Shown here piece by piece: positions 1-10,872 of a stretch of DNA of 32,000 bases (the first letter of the stretch is position 1; every line of letters begins with the position of its first letter). The position numbers and the translations under genes are program-made. The notes beneath the pieces were generated by a model. The model was given only the letters and a program-made list of their open reading frames with translations. It was not told the DNA's origin and ran no database searches. The DNA is from Wolbachia endosymbiont of Cimex lectularius (lineage in GTDB: Bacteria > Pseudomonadota > Alphaproteobacteria > Rickettsiales > Anaplasmataceae): contig NZ_AP013028.1 in assembly GCF_000829315.1 (NCBI RefSeq), forward strand, positions 720,001-752,000. The letters are read 5' to 3'.

Positions 1-226
1 AGATTTTGGCTTAGCTTGAAAACTGAGATTTTTAAATAATATTTTATTATTACGGGCACAGGATAAATTTTCACATTCAAGCATTTACTGGACCTCCAAA
101 GAGGACCTGGAGCCTAGATACTTCGATGTATGAACATTGCAACTTGTAGGTAGTTTGTGCAACAGACAGTAAGTGTTTGATACGTAAGCATTGTGATTTG
201 AGAACTCTTTTCACTAAGAGGATGTT

Positions 227-435
227 ATCCCAGTGCCTGAGCACTGGGATCCAGGAATGCTGGTTGAACACTAGATTGGTAAGTATGGAAGTAATTAACC
301 TAATGTTAAAACACAGCGTCAACTTTTCCGGATTCCAAATAGGAACAACATGGAATGACACAAGAAATCTAATGTTTATTAAACCCATTTGCAAGCAAAG
401 TTTGCTGGATCCCAGTGTCAAGCACTGGGATGACA
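227..435. repeat. Dispersed palindromic repeats (two hairpins)
   Basis: ATCCCAGTG(227-235)/CACTGGGAT(242-250) and ATCCCAGTG(409-417)/CACTGGGAT(423-431), perfect 9-bp stems, same motif as copies elsewhere in the window. Confidence 0.85.
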
Positions 436-521
436 TCCTTGTGTCTGAGGCAACACTGGCTGTAAAACTTAACATAATTCAAGGAGTTTAATATCAGAAA
501 GTAGGCTGTACAACGGATACA

Positions 522-953
522 TTATCTGCCCTTTCCTTTATACTTACCCTTAGTTGAAGCCTGAGCTTTTACAAACAGCTCCCAAAATCCTTTCTGTCCG
601 CCTTCTCTATTTATCAACTGCGCCAAACGCTGCATAAATCCACCACTTAACATAACCATTTTTGTCCATTTACCTACTGGCTTTGCAATGTCAACTATTT
701 CTGGATCTTCTTTGTAAACCTGTATATCTTTTTGCTTTTCGCGCAGCATTTCTTGATGTTTCATCAACCCTTTTTGCTTATTCTTTTGATATAATTCATT
801 GAATTTTCTGTCTTCCTCCCACTTTTCTTCAAGGACTTTTTTAGGAAATATGATTTTCCGAATTCGGTTCTTGTATATATTTCTCAAAAAGAAAAATACT
901 GCAGCCGCAGCAAGTAATGTTATGCTATATATTATGATCTGTACAAATGGCAT
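522..953 (-). CDS. Conserved hypothetical protein with one N-terminal transmembrane segment
   Basis: 143-aa ORF; N-terminus MPFVQIIIYSITLLAAAAVFFFLRNIY is a membrane anchor, followed by a charged basic region. Intact and not repeat-derived. Confidence 0.7.
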   Translation of the reverse strand: MPFVQIIIYSITLLAAAAVFFFLRNIYKNRIRKIIFPKKVLEEKWEEDRKFNELYQKNKQKGLMKHQEMLREKQKDIQVYKEDPEIVDIAKPVGKWTKMVMLSGGFMQRLAQLINREGGQKGFWELFVKAQASTKGKYKGKGR

Positions 954-1149
954 TTTTCGTATCTAGATTTATTAAAAATACCCTTATTATTATACCACAA
1001 TTATAGAAACTCTGCAAACTTGTGTGAGCAAAGACAGCACAAAGCAACATTTCTCTATCTCGCAAGTTGTGTAAATATGCGATGAACGGGCTTGTATACA
1101 ATAAGGTTTATTTCTATACTGCTTAAAGAATTCTGGTGACCAAACAAAT

Positions 1150-2952
1150 ATGAACTACTATAAAACTCACACGTGCAATGAACTGAGAAAGAGCGATGTA
1201 GAAAAGGAAGTTACCCTCTCTGGATGGTTATACCGTAAGCGCAATCACGGTAATCTGATTTTTGTTGATTTAAGAGACTTCTATGGAATTACTCAGTTGG
1301 TATTCAATAACGATAAAGATTTTTTTGATGAAATATCAAATTTAAAATCAGAAAGTGTAATTACTGTTACAGGCATAGTCAAAGCTAGAACTGAAGATAC
1401 AGTAAACAGCTCTATTTCTACCGGAGAAATCGAGGTGATAGTCAACAATTTGCACGTTGAGTCGGAAGTTGAGTTCCACCGCGATGAAGAAATAGCAAAA
1501 GAAGAAAGAAGTATATTAGCAAGCATTACCGGTGAGCAAGAATACCCAGAAAATATGAGATTTAAATATCGATTTCTTGACTTAAGACGTGAGAAAGCCC
1601 GCAACAACATTATTTTGCGCTCACAAATCATTGCAGAACTCCGCAGTCTCATGATAGAGCAAGGATTTTTAGAGATTCAAACACCAATACTCACTGCTTC
1701 CTCTCCTGAAGGAGCACGCGACTACCTAGTGCCAAGCAAGCTAAATCCTGGCAAATTTTATGCATTGCCGCAAGCTCCGCAGATTTTCAAACAGTTGCTC
1801 ATGGTCTCAGGGTTTGATAAATATTTCCAAATTGCACCGTGTTTTCGTGATGAAGACGCAAGGGCTGATCGTTCTCCTGGGGAATTTTATCAGCTAGACC
1901 TTGAAATGTCTTTTGTGACTCAAGAGGACATATTTGACGTTATTGAATCTGCTTTATATAAAGTGTTCGCCAAGTTTTCTCGCAAGTCTGTTGACAAAGA
2001 CTTCCCACTTATTACATACAAAGAGGCAATGCTTAAGTATGGTTCTGACAAACCAGATTTGCGTAATCCACTATTAATCAGCGATGTTACAGAAATTTTC
2101 CGCGATTCAGGGTTCAATATTTTTAAAAGCAATATTGAACGTGGCATGGTAGTGAGAGCCATCCCCGCTCCCAAAACAGCAGAGGAACCACGAAGCTTCT
2201 TTGATAAAAAGATAGAACACGCACAGAAAGAATTTGGTGCCAAAGGGCTTGGATATATAACGTTTGATAAAGATGGCACTGCAAAAGGACCAATTGCTAA
2301 ATTCCTTGATGACAATAGATTAAATCGCATAAGGGAAATAACGAATATAGAGCCCGGGGATAGCGTGTTCTTTGCTTCTGATCAAGAAAATGAAGCAGCA
2401 ACAATCGCAGGAAAAGTACGCACTCTTTTAGGGTCAGAACTGGGTCTGATAGATGACAATATCTTCAAGTTCTGTTGGGTTATTGATTTTCCATATTTCA
2501 TATACGACGATAAAAGCAAAAAAATCGATTTCTTTCACAATCCATTCTCTATGCCTCATGGCGGCTTGAAAGATTTAGAGGAAAAAAATCCACTAGACAT
2601 CCTTGCTTACCAATATGATCTCGTCTGTAATGGAGTAGAACTGTCAAGCGGGGCAATCCGCAATAACAAATTGGATATTATGTACAAAGCTTTTGCCATT
2701 GCAGGTTACAGCAAGGAAGAAGTTGATACAAAATTCGGTGCGCTTGTGCGCGCATTCAGATTCGGAGTACCGCCTCACGGCGGAATAGCACCAGGGATTG
2801 ATAGAATGGTGATGCTGCTTGCTGACGAGCCAAACATTCGCGAGGTAATCTGTTTTCCTATGAATCAGCAGGGTGAAGATGTTCTAATGGGTGCTCCTTC
2901 TGAGGTAGACAATAGACATTTACGTGAATTGTCTTTGCAAATCATTGACTAA
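1150..2952 (+). CDS. aspS: Aspartyl-tRNA synthetase (AspRS/AspRS-AsnRS class II)
   Basis: 600 aa; [24 protein letters not shown]-fold, [24 protein letters not shown], and [40 protein letters not shown] motif 3. Confidence 0.96.
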   Translation: MNYYKTHTCNELRKSDVEKEVTLSGWLYRKRNHGNLIFVDLRDFYGITQLVFNNDKDFFDEISNLKSESVITVTGIVKARTEDTVNSSISTGEIEVIVNNLHVESEVEFHRDEEIAKEERSILASITGEQEYPENMRFKYRFLDLRREKARNNIILRSQIIAELRSLMIEQGFLEIQTPILTASSPEGARDYLVPSKLNPGKFYALPQAPQIFKQLLMVSGFDKYFQIAPCFRDEDARADRSPGEFYQLDLEMSFVTQEDIFDVIESALYKVFAKFSRKSVDKDFPLITYKEAMLKYGSDKPDLRNPLLISDVTEIFRDSGFNIFKSNIERGMVVRAIPAPKTAEEPRSFFDKKIEHAQKEFGAKGLGYITFDKDGTAKGPIAKFLDDNRLNRIREITNIEPGDSVFFASDQENEAATIAGKVRTLLGSELGLIDDNIFKFCWVIDFPYFIYDDKSKKIDFFHNPFSMPHGGLKDLEEKNPLDILAYQYDLVCNGVELSSGAIRNNKLDIMYKAFAIAGYSKEEVDTKFGALVRAFRFGVPPHGGIAPGIDRMVMLLADEPNIREVICFPMNQQGEDVLMGAPSEVDNRHLRELSLQIID

Positions 2953-2982
2953 GTACCCTAGACCATATTAAACTGAGAAATC

Positions 2983-4245
2983 ATGAATAATATCCAAAAA
3001 GCAATACTGTCGAGCATAATCTGCAACATGATTATATGGTATGAGTTAACCCTATTTGGGGTTTTGATGCATATAATAAGTGACGTTTTTTTTTCATCAG
3101 AAAGTGATTACATAAAAAAAATCAAGTTCCTTGGCAGTTTTGCAATTGGATTTGGATTTAGACCGCTCGGTGCATTTATTTTCGGCTACATTGGAGATAA
3201 GTACGGCAGGAGGAAAATTTTGCTGACTTCCGTAATATTAGCTTCGATATCATCTACTGCAATTGCGGTTATACCAAGTTCTAAAGAGATAGGAATATTT
3301 TCTCCTATGTTGCTTATGCTGTGTAGAATAACGCAAGGAATGGCAGCAGGTGGAGAAACGAGTATCAATTCAGCCTTTTTAATAGAACATTCAAGCAATA
3401 AGAAAGATCTAGGGTTTTTAGGTAGCATGAAAGCTTTCAGCGGCGCGCTTGGTTCTATCACGTGCTTTGTAATGATAGCTATTTGCAAAAAGCTTACAGG
3501 TGAAAATTATGAAATTTGGGGCTGGAGGCTGCTCTTCTACTTCTGCTCTATTATGGGCGTAATAGGCTTTCTAACAAGATACATGATGGAAGAGAGCTTA
3601 GCATACAAAGCTCATGGTCAAAATAAAAGCTTATCTAATTCTCCATTTTTGGAATTAATCAGAGACTATAAAAGGATATTTGTAATAGCAATTGGGCTTG
3701 GCATTGCCCAAAATGCAATCGTTTATTCAGCAATCATGTTTTACAACATATCCGTAAAAGAACTTATCCTTTCGGGCATCGATATTAAAAATGTAGTAAG
3801 AATTATAAGTGAGATCACATTCGGAACGTCCGCGGTACTGTTTGCAACGCTATCTGATAAAGTTGGAAGAAGAAATGTGATGATTCCTACATTGGTAGCT
3901 TTAGCTTGCATCAGTTTACCGGGGCTCTCACTGTTATCTTATAATAGCCACTATATTGTAACGTTCACCTATTTGTTGATAAGTGTGCCGATAGGTGCAT
4001 CTTTTGGAATATATAATTCTCTTGTTTGTGAGTTGTTTCCAACAAAAGTTAGATGTACCGGTTTTAGCCTAGCACATAATATCTCTGCAGGAATTTTTGG
4101 TGGTCTCTCTCCCTCTATATGCATATGGCTGATAGAAAAAACTGAAACAAAACTTGCAGCAGGCATTTATCTTACTGCCTGTGCATTAATAAGCCTAATA
4201 TCTGTGCTTCAAATCAAAGCTAAAGATAAAAAAGTTGATTGGTGA
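2983..4245 (+). CDS. MFS transporter, proline/betaine transporter (ProP)-like
   Basis: 420 aa, ~12 hydrophobic segments; FGFRPLGAFIFGYIGDKYGRRKILL and QGMAAGGETSINSAFLIEH motifs. Confidence 0.88.
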   Translation: MNNIQKAILSSIICNMIIWYELTLFGVLMHIISDVFFSSESDYIKKIKFLGSFAIGFGFRPLGAFIFGYIGDKYGRRKILLTSVILASISSTAIAVIPSSKEIGIFSPMLLMLCRITQGMAAGGETSINSAFLIEHSSNKKDLGFLGSMKAFSGALGSITCFVMIAICKKLTGENYEIWGWRLLFYFCSIMGVIGFLTRYMMEESLAYKAHGQNKSLSNSPFLELIRDYKRIFVIAIGLGIAQNAIVYSAIMFYNISVKELILSGIDIKNVVRIISEITFGTSAVLFATLSDKVGRRNVMIPTLVALACISLPGLSLLSYNSHYIVTFTYLLISVPIGASFGIYNSLVCELFPTKVRCTGFSLAHNISAGIFGGLSPSICIWLIEKTETKLAAGIYLTACALISLISVLQIKAKDKKVDW

Positions 4246-4350
4246 AATTTTTCCTTTAATAGTAATTTCTCATATTTTAATCACACCCTAGAACTATAAA
4301 TGTAGTTCATTTAATTCAAGCAAAAACCAGTTTACCGTGAACAAATTTTG

Positions 4351-4860
4351 CTACCTAGCAACCAGAGCTAAAAAATATTGATTTCCTTCCCGTTTAGGTG
4401 CTAATTCTACCTTTGCAATATCTTCGGTATCTCTAATTAACCGTTCTAGTTTTTCCAGTCCAACCTCAGTGTTTGTGAGTTCTCTACCTCTAAATTTCAT
4501 TGTGACTTTGATTTTGTGTCCATGTGTAAGAAAATCCCTTACGTGACGCAATTTTGTTTCGTAGTCGTGATCGCCAATATTGGGACCTATTTTAATTTCT
4601 TTTATCGTTAACGTTTTTTGTTTCTTCTTTGCTTCACTTGCTTTCTTTTTTGTATCATACTTTTGCTTGCTGTAATCCAGTATTTTACATACTGGAGGAG
4701 TTGAGTCAGGCGCAATTTCCACCAAATCTAAGCCGATATTCTGAGCAGATTCCAAAGCCTGCTTTATTGCCACAATTCCAACCATTTTGCCATTTTGGTC
4801 AACTAAGCGTACTTCCTCAGCTGTAATGGATTCGTTAATTCTGTGTTTTTTAGTTTGCAA
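4351..4860 (-). CDS. infC: Translation initiation factor IF-3
   Basis: 169 aa; NESITAEEVRLVDQNGKMVG, DLVEIAPDSTPPVCKILDYSK, KVTMKFRGRE. Non-ATG (TTG) start, with an in-frame stop two codons upstream. Confidence 0.96.
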   Translation of the reverse strand: MQTKKHRINESITAEEVRLVDQNGKMVGIVAIKQALESAQNIGLDLVEIAPDSTPPVCKILDYSKQKYDTKKKASEAKKKQKTLTIKEIKIGPNIGDHDYETKLRHVRDFLTHGHKIKVTMKFRGRELTNTEVGLEKLERLIRDTEDIAKVELAPKREGNQYFLALVAR

Positions 4861-4863
4861 ATT

Positions 4864-6774
4864 TTAACTCCCTTGACTAAGGTTAATACTTTTTAATAGC
4901 AATTCAGCAGCTTTTTCGTAGGAAGAAGACTCCTGTTTTTCTGATCCTAAATTTCTCACTGACATAGTTTTACTCGCAACTTCATTTTTGCCTACAATCC
5001 ATAATATAGGAATCTTGTTTGAACTATGCAAGCGTATCTTATAACTAATTTTCTCATTGGTTAAGTCAGTTTTAACTCTAACACCTTGTTTTTTTAAAGT
5101 GTTGTAAATTTCTGTAGCATAATCGTCAGCTTCGCTTGTAACGGTTAGAATGGCAAGTTGCGTTGGAGCGAGCCACAGTGGAAATTTTCCTGCATAATGC
5201 TCTATTAAAATTCCAATAAAACGCTCAAAAGTTCCAAGAATTGCCCTGTGTAGCATAACAGGGTGGTGCTTTTGTCCATCTGCTCCTATATAGAAAGCCT
5301 CCAGGCGCTTTGGTAAAATGAAGTCGACTTGCAACGTTCCACATTGCCAATTTCTGCCTATTGCATCTTTCAAAACGAACTCTAACTTTGGGCCATAAAA
5401 TGCACCTTCACCAGGGTTGAGTTCATAGCTTAAACCTGCTTCTTTGACAGCTTCAAGCAGCGCTTTTTCAGCTCTATCCCACACTTCATCATCTCCTGCT
5501 CTAACATTTGGACGGTCTGAAAATTTCACGGAGATTTCATTGAACCCAAGCTCTGAATATACTTCTTTTAAAAGGTCACAAAATTTTACAGTCTCAGAAT
5601 TAATCTGCTCTTCCATGCAAAAAATGTGCGCATCATCCTGCGTAAAACCACGCACTCTCATCAGTCCATGCAATGAACCTGAACTTTCGTTTCTATGACA
5701 TGTACCAAATTCTGCCATACGTATCGGTAAATTGCGGTAGCTTCTGGTGTGAGAGTTAAAAATCTGCACGTGACAAGGACAATTCATGGGTTTTATTGCT
5801 AGCTTTTTACTTTCAAATTCATCAACGATAAACATGTTTTCACGAAACTTATCCCAATGCCCTGATTTTTCCCACAGCTCCTTGCTTACTAAAATAGGAG
5901 TTTTCACTTCAGTATAGCCATTGTTTATTAATTTTTTCCTTATGTAAGACTCAAGAACGTTATATAAAGTATATCCCTGTTCATGCCAAAAAACCTGCCC
6001 GGTAGCTTCTTCCTGGATGTGAAACAAGTCCATATCCTTAGCAATCTTGCGGTGGTCGCGTTTTTCTGCCTCCTCCAAACGCTTAAGATAAGCGTTTAAT
6101 TCATCCTTATTTCGCCACGCGGTGCCATATATTCGCTGTAGCATTGGACCTTTAGCATCACCACGCCAGTATGCTCCTGCAACTTTCATGAGTTTAAACG
6201 CTTTGACTCTACCTGTTGATGGCGAGTGCGGACCACGGCACAAGTCAACAAAATCTCCTTGTCTATAAACAGTTAGATTTTCACTCTCTGGTATGGAGGA
6301 GATAATATCAACCTTATATTTTTCACCTATACTGCTAAAAAAATCAATTGCTTGCTTACGCGTCCAAATTTCTCGAACAAATCTGTGATTGCTTTTTATG
6401 ATCTCTTTCATTTTCTTTTCTATTGCAACAAGATCATCCGTGGTAAAGGTACGATCTGTAGCAAAATCATAGTAGAAGCCGTCCTGAATTGTTGGACCGA
6501 TGGTAATCTGAGTGTTAGGAAAGAGTTCTTTCACTGCCTGAGCCATTATATGAGCAGCATCATGCCTTATTATATCCAAACCCATTTCGTCACTGAGTTG
6601 TATCACCTCTATTTCTGTGTCAGATTCAATTTCACGTGAGAGATCATATAACTCACCATTTACCTTTAGGGCAACAGCTTCTTTTAAAACGTCTGGTTGT
6701 AGTATGTCAAAACCAGTAACCCTGCCGCTGTATTCTTCTACTTTTTGTTCATCTGAAAAAGTAATTCTAATCAT
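4864..6774 (-). CDS. thrS: Threonyl-tRNA synthetase
   Basis: TGS domain, [16 protein letters not shown] editing domain, [59 protein letters not shown]. Start set at internal Met20 ([10 protein letters not shown]); the track ORF extends to 6831. Confidence 0.95.
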   Translation of the reverse strand: MIRITFSDEQKVEEYSGRVTGFDILQPDVLKEAVALKVNGELYDLSREIESDTEIEVIQLSDEMGLDIIRHDAAHIMAQAVKELFPNTQITIGPTIQDGFYYDFATDRTFTTDDLVAIEKKMKEIIKSNHRFVREIWTRKQAIDFFSSIGEKYKVDIISSIPESENLTVYRQGDFVDLCRGPHSPSTGRVKAFKLMKVAGAYWRGDAKGPMLQRIYGTAWRNKDELNAYLKRLEEAEKRDHRKIAKDMDLFHIQEEATGQVFWHEQGYTLYNVLESYIRKKLINNGYTEVKTPILVSKELWEKSGHWDKFRENMFIVDEFESKKLAIKPMNCPCHVQIFNSHTRSYRNLPIRMAEFGTCHRNESSGSLHGLMRVRGFTQDDAHIFCMEEQINSETVKFCDLLKEVYSELGFNEISVKFSDRPNVRAGDDEVWDRAEKALLEAVKEAGLSYELNPGEGAFYGPKLEFVLKDAIGRNWQCGTLQVDFILPKRLEAFYIGADGQKHHPVMLHRAILGTFERFIGILIEHYAGKFPLWLAPTQLAILTVTSEADDYATEIYNTLKKQGVRVKTDLTNEKISYKIRLHSSNKIPILWIVGKNEVASKTMSVRNLGSEKQESSSYEKAAELLLKSINLSQGS

Positions 6775-7334
6775 AAATATACCTATTGGGAGGACATTGG
6801 AACAACAGGGGCTCTGCGCATAAGTCAACAATAATTTTTATATAAATCAAAATACCTCCATAACTCTTAATAATTTTACGCAAATTAAAAGTAGTACGCT
6901 TCCACGGTTCTCTTCATGGTCTGATATAGCAGTTAAGCCGCATTATACTTGTTAGGCAGAAGTGAACGGCAACACATGTCTAATACGAAATCTAAGTTTC
7001 ACTCTGCTCTTGCTTATTCTTTCCATCGGCATTACTACCTTGAGTAAAATTTGTGCTCTTCCTATATCCTTTAATAACAAAATTCTGTTTTATCAACCAA
7101 CATTCTATGCATAATTACAGCTAATTTCTGGGCTACTGCAACAATTACCTTCTTCAACAGCTAGGCATAAGTCAATCTGAGGAGCAGAAGCAAGTTTTGA
7201 CGCAAAATCGGAAAGAGGTTATGCAAGAGATCTATCAATGGCGTCAACTTAAGAACTTCCATTAGCAAACTCTCCTAAAGACATGATGGCGTTTGGGCTT
7301 ATCCATGTTACCCAATAGAAACGAAAAAAACTAC

Positions 7335-7597
7335 TTGACAACCTTCACCAGTCCCCTTACAATAAAGTCGTGGGTGTTTTAGGCCTAAAATTTATCTTTA
7401 ATCTTGTATTAAGTGACAAAAGCACAGTATAAAACAAGGCGTGTTATGTTTTATTTTTGCAGCATGGACACTGCATGTCTTTATAATCTTTTGTCTACAT
7501 TAGCTGAGCCTCGCTTATTAAGCGGTGTAAGAGAGAATCGGACGCCAAGTTTTTGAGAGAACAGTAACAACTCACGTTGCGGGGTTTTTTTGTCTTT
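7335..7597 (+). repeat. Promoter-bearing intergenic repeat, copy A
   Basis: TTGACA(7335-7340)-17 bp-TACAAT(7358-7363), 'GACACTGCATGTCTTTATAA' module, ACGCCAAGTT and terminal GCGGGGTTTTTTTGTC. Confidence 0.75.
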
Positions 7598-7651
7598 TTT
7601 TTAAATTAGTTAAAATTTTAACCAATCTCATTTTTTTCACAAAAAAACTGC

Positions 7652-7790
7652 TTGACAAGTTTCGACATTTCCCTTATCATAAATTATGGATATTTACAAT
7701 CCCAAGGTCAGCTACTTGTCAAGCGTATAAGGCATTAACGCCAAGTTCCTAAAATAGATATTGACCAGGGTTTCTTTTACCTTTTTTTTT
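7652..7790 (+). repeat. Promoter-bearing intergenic repeat, copy B (short form)
   Basis: TTGACA(7652-7657)-17 bp-TATCAT(7675-7680), then AACGCCAAGTTCC...GACCAGGGTTTCTTTTACC; middle module missing. Confidence 0.75.
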
Positions 7791-7879
7791 ATTTAGTAAA
7801 TTTTTTAAATATTAAAGCAATTTATGAACGAACATTTATTTTTGCAACAAATGTTGTCATTCCAGCACCATAGGGTGTC

Positions 7880-8090
7880 ATGCCAGTGGCCCAGACACTG
7901 GCATTCAGAAATTTTACTAAGTTGGTGAGTATAAAAGTAGCTGTTTTATGTTAAAATACGACGTTTTAATGATTATGGAAAGGCTGGATGCCAGTGTCGG
8001 AGCACTGGCATGACAAGAAAAGAGTGCTGGAACGACAGGAGGAGGGGCGCTGGAATGGCATCGTTTACTATGTTCATATTATAATGTTTG
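7880..8090. repeat. Dispersed palindromic repeats (two hairpins) plus flanking repeat module
   Basis: ATGCCAGTG(7880-7888)/CACTGGCAT(7896-7904) and ATGCCAGTG(7988-7996)/CACTGGCAT(8003-8011); flanks similar to 31651-31774. Confidence 0.85.
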
Positions 8091-8118
8091 TACAGTTGTG
8101 TGCCTGACTGTAAATGAA

Positions 8119-9939
8119 CTACTCAACCGTAACAGACTTAGCTAAATTTCTTGGACAATCAGCATCCAATCCTTTCTTGACTGCAGTAGTGTAAGCAAGA
8201 AATTGCATGGCAACACTGTAGATGATTGGAGAGATGAAATTATCAACGTCTGGGAGTTGTATTACGTCTTTACAAATCCCTCTTAGGAACGGCACTCCTT
8301 GCTTGTCACTAAAAGCGATCACTTTACCTTTTCTTGCTATAATTTCTTGTATGTTGGACAGCGTTTTAAAAAATAAATTGTCATATGGAATAATTGCTAT
8401 GACAAGTACAGATGAATCTATCAAAGCAATCGAACCGTGCTTCATCTCTCCCGCTGCAATACCGATGGTATTAATATATGAAAGTTCCTTTATTTTCAAT
8501 GCACCTTCCATTGCAACTCCATATGAGCTTCCTCTGCCGATTAAAATGATGCTGCTATGCTCTAGTATACTGTCTGATATATGTTGTATCTTCATCGCAT
8601 TTAAAACATGCTCAATATATTCTGGAATAGAGTTGATAGCATTACTCAGTTGCTTTATTCTCTTTTCATCCAACGTACCTTTTATTTTTGCAAGCTCTAA
8701 GGCAAGGCATGCTAAAATTGCAAGTTGCGCAGAAAAGGTTTTTGTTGAAGCAACACCAATTTCTGGTCCAGCAAGAGTATGTAACACGATATCTGAGATT
8801 CTTTCAATGCTGCTGCTGAATGTGTTAGTTAGGCTAATGATTGTTTGCTTCTGTGATTTTGCATAGCGCAATGCTTCCATGGTATCTGCAGTTTCGCCAG
8901 ATTGTGAGATGAATAATCCAATACTTCCCTTCTCCAACTTAATGTTGCTATACCTAAATTCCGACGAGATTTCCAGATACACTCGAACTTGGGCAATGCT
9001 TTCCAGCCAATATTTCGCTATTAGCCCAGCAAAATAAGACGACCCGCACCCAACTATGGTAATGTAACTAAGTTTAGAAAATAATTTTTTGTTGGCAGAT
9101 ATTGCCTCTGTATACTTTTTATAAAATTGATTTATTGTTTTATTTAATGCACAAGGCTGCTCAAAAATTTCTTTTAGCATGAAGCTAGAGTAACCGTTTT
9201 TGTTGATTACAAAGCTGCTTGAACTATTATTTTCTATACTGCGTTTAACTTGTGCACCGTTGTTGTATATACTCACCCCGCTAGATTTTATCACCGCAAC
9301 GTCGTCATCCTCTAGGTATGATATTCTGTCCACTAGTGCATTTAAGGTGTTAGAATCAGATGCGGCAAATACGGTGTTGCAGTTATAGCCTATCGCTAAA
9401 GGTAGGTTTCTTTTTGCAACAAATAGAGCATCTCTATATTCTGCAAACAATAGGACCAAAGCAAACGAGCCATGTAGGTTGCTTAAACACTTAAATAGAG
9501 AGTCAACAGGTGACAACCCTCCATTGAGATATAGGGTTAACATGTTTGGTATGACCTCTGTGTCGGTGTCAGTATGAAACGGCATTCCCCGTTCTTCTAG
9601 CCCCCTTTTCAGCAAATTGTAATTTTCAATTATACCGTTATGGGCAACAACAACATCATTTGTATGAATGGGATGAGCATTTTTAAGATCTGGAACTCCA
9701 TGTGTAGCCCAGCGAGTATGTGCTATGCCAACTGTGCTGCTAGACATCTTGCTGTTGCCAACAACTTCACATAACCTTTCGACTTTACCTTCTGATTTTT
9801 TAACCTCTATTTTGCCTTCATTGTTTATGATTGCTATGCCTGAAGAATCGTATCCCCTGTATTCCAATTTCTGCAACCCGGCCAGCAAAGTTGGTATTAC
9901 TGAATCACCGCTACTTACTACACCGAGTATTCCACACAC
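8119..9939 (-). CDS. glmS: Glutamine--fructose-6-phosphate aminotransferase (isomerizing)
   Basis: 606 aa; MCGILGVV N-terminal Cys nucleophile, KLEYRGYDSSGIA, HTRWATHG, GRGSSYGVAMEGALKIKELSYI, C-terminal AKSVTVE. Confidence 0.96.
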   Translation of the reverse strand: MCGILGVVSSGDSVIPTLLAGLQKLEYRGYDSSGIAIINNEGKIEVKKSEGKVERLCEVVGNSKMSSSTVGIAHTRWATHGVPDLKNAHPIHTNDVVVAHNGIIENYNLLKRGLEERGMPFHTDTDTEVIPNMLTLYLNGGLSPVDSLFKCLSNLHGSFALVLLFAEYRDALFVAKRNLPLAIGYNCNTVFAASDSNTLNALVDRISYLEDDDVAVIKSSGVSIYNNGAQVKRSIENNSSSSFVINKNGYSSFMLKEIFEQPCALNKTINQFYKKYTEAISANKKLFSKLSYITIVGCGSSYFAGLIAKYWLESIAQVRVYLEISSEFRYSNIKLEKGSIGLFISQSGETADTMEALRYAKSQKQTIISLTNTFSSSIERISDIVLHTLAGPEIGVASTKTFSAQLAILACLALELAKIKGTLDEKRIKQLSNAINSIPEYIEHVLNAMKIQHISDSILEHSSIILIGRGSSYGVAMEGALKIKELSYINTIGIAAGEMKHGSIALIDSSVLVIAIIPYDNLFFKTLSNIQEIIARKGKVIAFSDKQGVPFLRGICKDVIQLPDVDNFISPIIYSVAMQFLAYTTAVKKGLDADCPRNLAKSVTVE

Positions 9940-9966
9940 AACTAAATGAACCTTTCTTTAAAGTTA

Positions 9967-10398
9967 TCAGGCACTTTTGTTTTTATTGTCTTGCCCCTTT
10001 TTACTTTTATCTGGCTGATTTTTATTCTTTTTGTCGTCTTTCTCAATTTTACCTTTTTCAATTGGTTTGACTTGAGCTTCTTTGTTTAGAACTTCAGATA
10101 TAGCGGACTTTAGGACTTTTATCTCAACTTTTGGTGCTATTTCTACTATAAATTGTGCATTTGCTTCATCAACTTTGTTGACTGTACCTATTATTCCACC
10201 AGAAGTAGTAACGGTATCGCCGCGTTTTACTTGATCTATCATCTTTCTGAGTTCTTTTAATCTTTTGTGGTGCGGGCGGATAATGAAAAAATAAAACACC
10301 ACAACTATTAAAATCAATGGGATAAAATTAGCAAAAGATGCGCCAACACTTGATGCATTACTAGCTGCATCCGCTGCAAAAACTTCAGAAATGAACAT
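9967..10398 (-). CDS. yajC: Preprotein translocase subunit YajC
   Basis: 143 aa; FIPLILIVVVFYFFIIRPHHKRLKELRKMIDQVKRGDTVTTSGGIIGTVNKV is the YajC signature. Confidence 0.93.
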   Translation of the reverse strand: MFISEVFAADAASNASSVGASFANFIPLILIVVVFYFFIIRPHHKRLKELRKMIDQVKRGDTVTTSGGIIGTVNKVDEANAQFIVEIAPKVEIKVLKSAISEVLNKEAQVKPIEKGKIEKDDKKNKNQPDKSKKGQDNKNKSA

Positions 10399-10500
10399 AT
10401 TTAATCCTTGTTATCAACGACAAATTTAAGTAAACATGTTTAACTATTAACTACAATATTACTTCATGTCAAATTTATGAGAGAAAAAACAATGCCTTTG

Positions 10501-10730
10501 CGGTAGCTGGCTGAATTTATATTTTTTAGCCATAGAAACAAAAAACTACTTGACAAATTTCTCCAGTTTTCTTATCATAAAACCGGAGGTATTCAGTTAT
10601 CTTCATCTATGCAGATTAAACGACAAGAGTATTATGGTTGGCGTTTTATGTTTAATTTTTTGCACTATGTGCACTTCATGTCTTTATTAATTTTATCTAG
10701 ACTTCTTGTGAACATAGAAAGTAGCTAATC
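10501..10730 (+). repeat. Promoter-bearing intergenic repeat, copy C
   Basis: CGGTAGCTGGCTGAATTTAT, TTGACA(10550-10555)-17 bp-TATCAT(10573-10578), GCAGATTAAACGACA, TTTAATTTTTTGCACTATGTGCAC, CATGTCTTTATTAA. Confidence 0.85.
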
Positions 10731-10771
10731 TTAATTTAAAACACAATATTTTTAATTATTATGGAAAGACT

Positions 10772-10828
10772 GGATCCCAGTGTCGGAGCACTGGGATGAC
10801 AAGAAAGGGAATACTTGGATGATATCGT
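10772..10828. repeat. Dispersed palindromic repeat
   Basis: ATCCCAGTG(10774-10782)/CACTGGGAT(10789-10797) followed by GACAAGAAAGGGAATACTTGGATGA. Confidence 0.85.
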
Positions 10829-10872
10829 CACAAAGGAACCAGCGTCAGACACTTGTATGACACCCTACTCTC

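Noticed and set aside
77-491. Overlapping 132-aa and 104-aa ORFs on opposite strands
   Set aside because: They lie across the palindromic repeats, overlap each other almost fully and resemble no family; best read as repeat-derived open frames.
1293-2330. Minus-strand ORFs of 119 and 136 aa
   Set aside because: Antisense to the well-supported aspS gene, with composition typical of complement reading.
4858-4860. Regulated ATT-type start codon for infC, as in E. coli
   Set aside because: In this frame the start codon is TTG; the nearby ATT is out of frame, so no claim of the classical ATT autoregulation is supported.
7335-7790. CRISPR array possibility
   Set aside because: Repeats are long, of two different lengths, few, and lack uniform spacers; no cas genes nearby. 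No CRISPR seen anywhere in the window.
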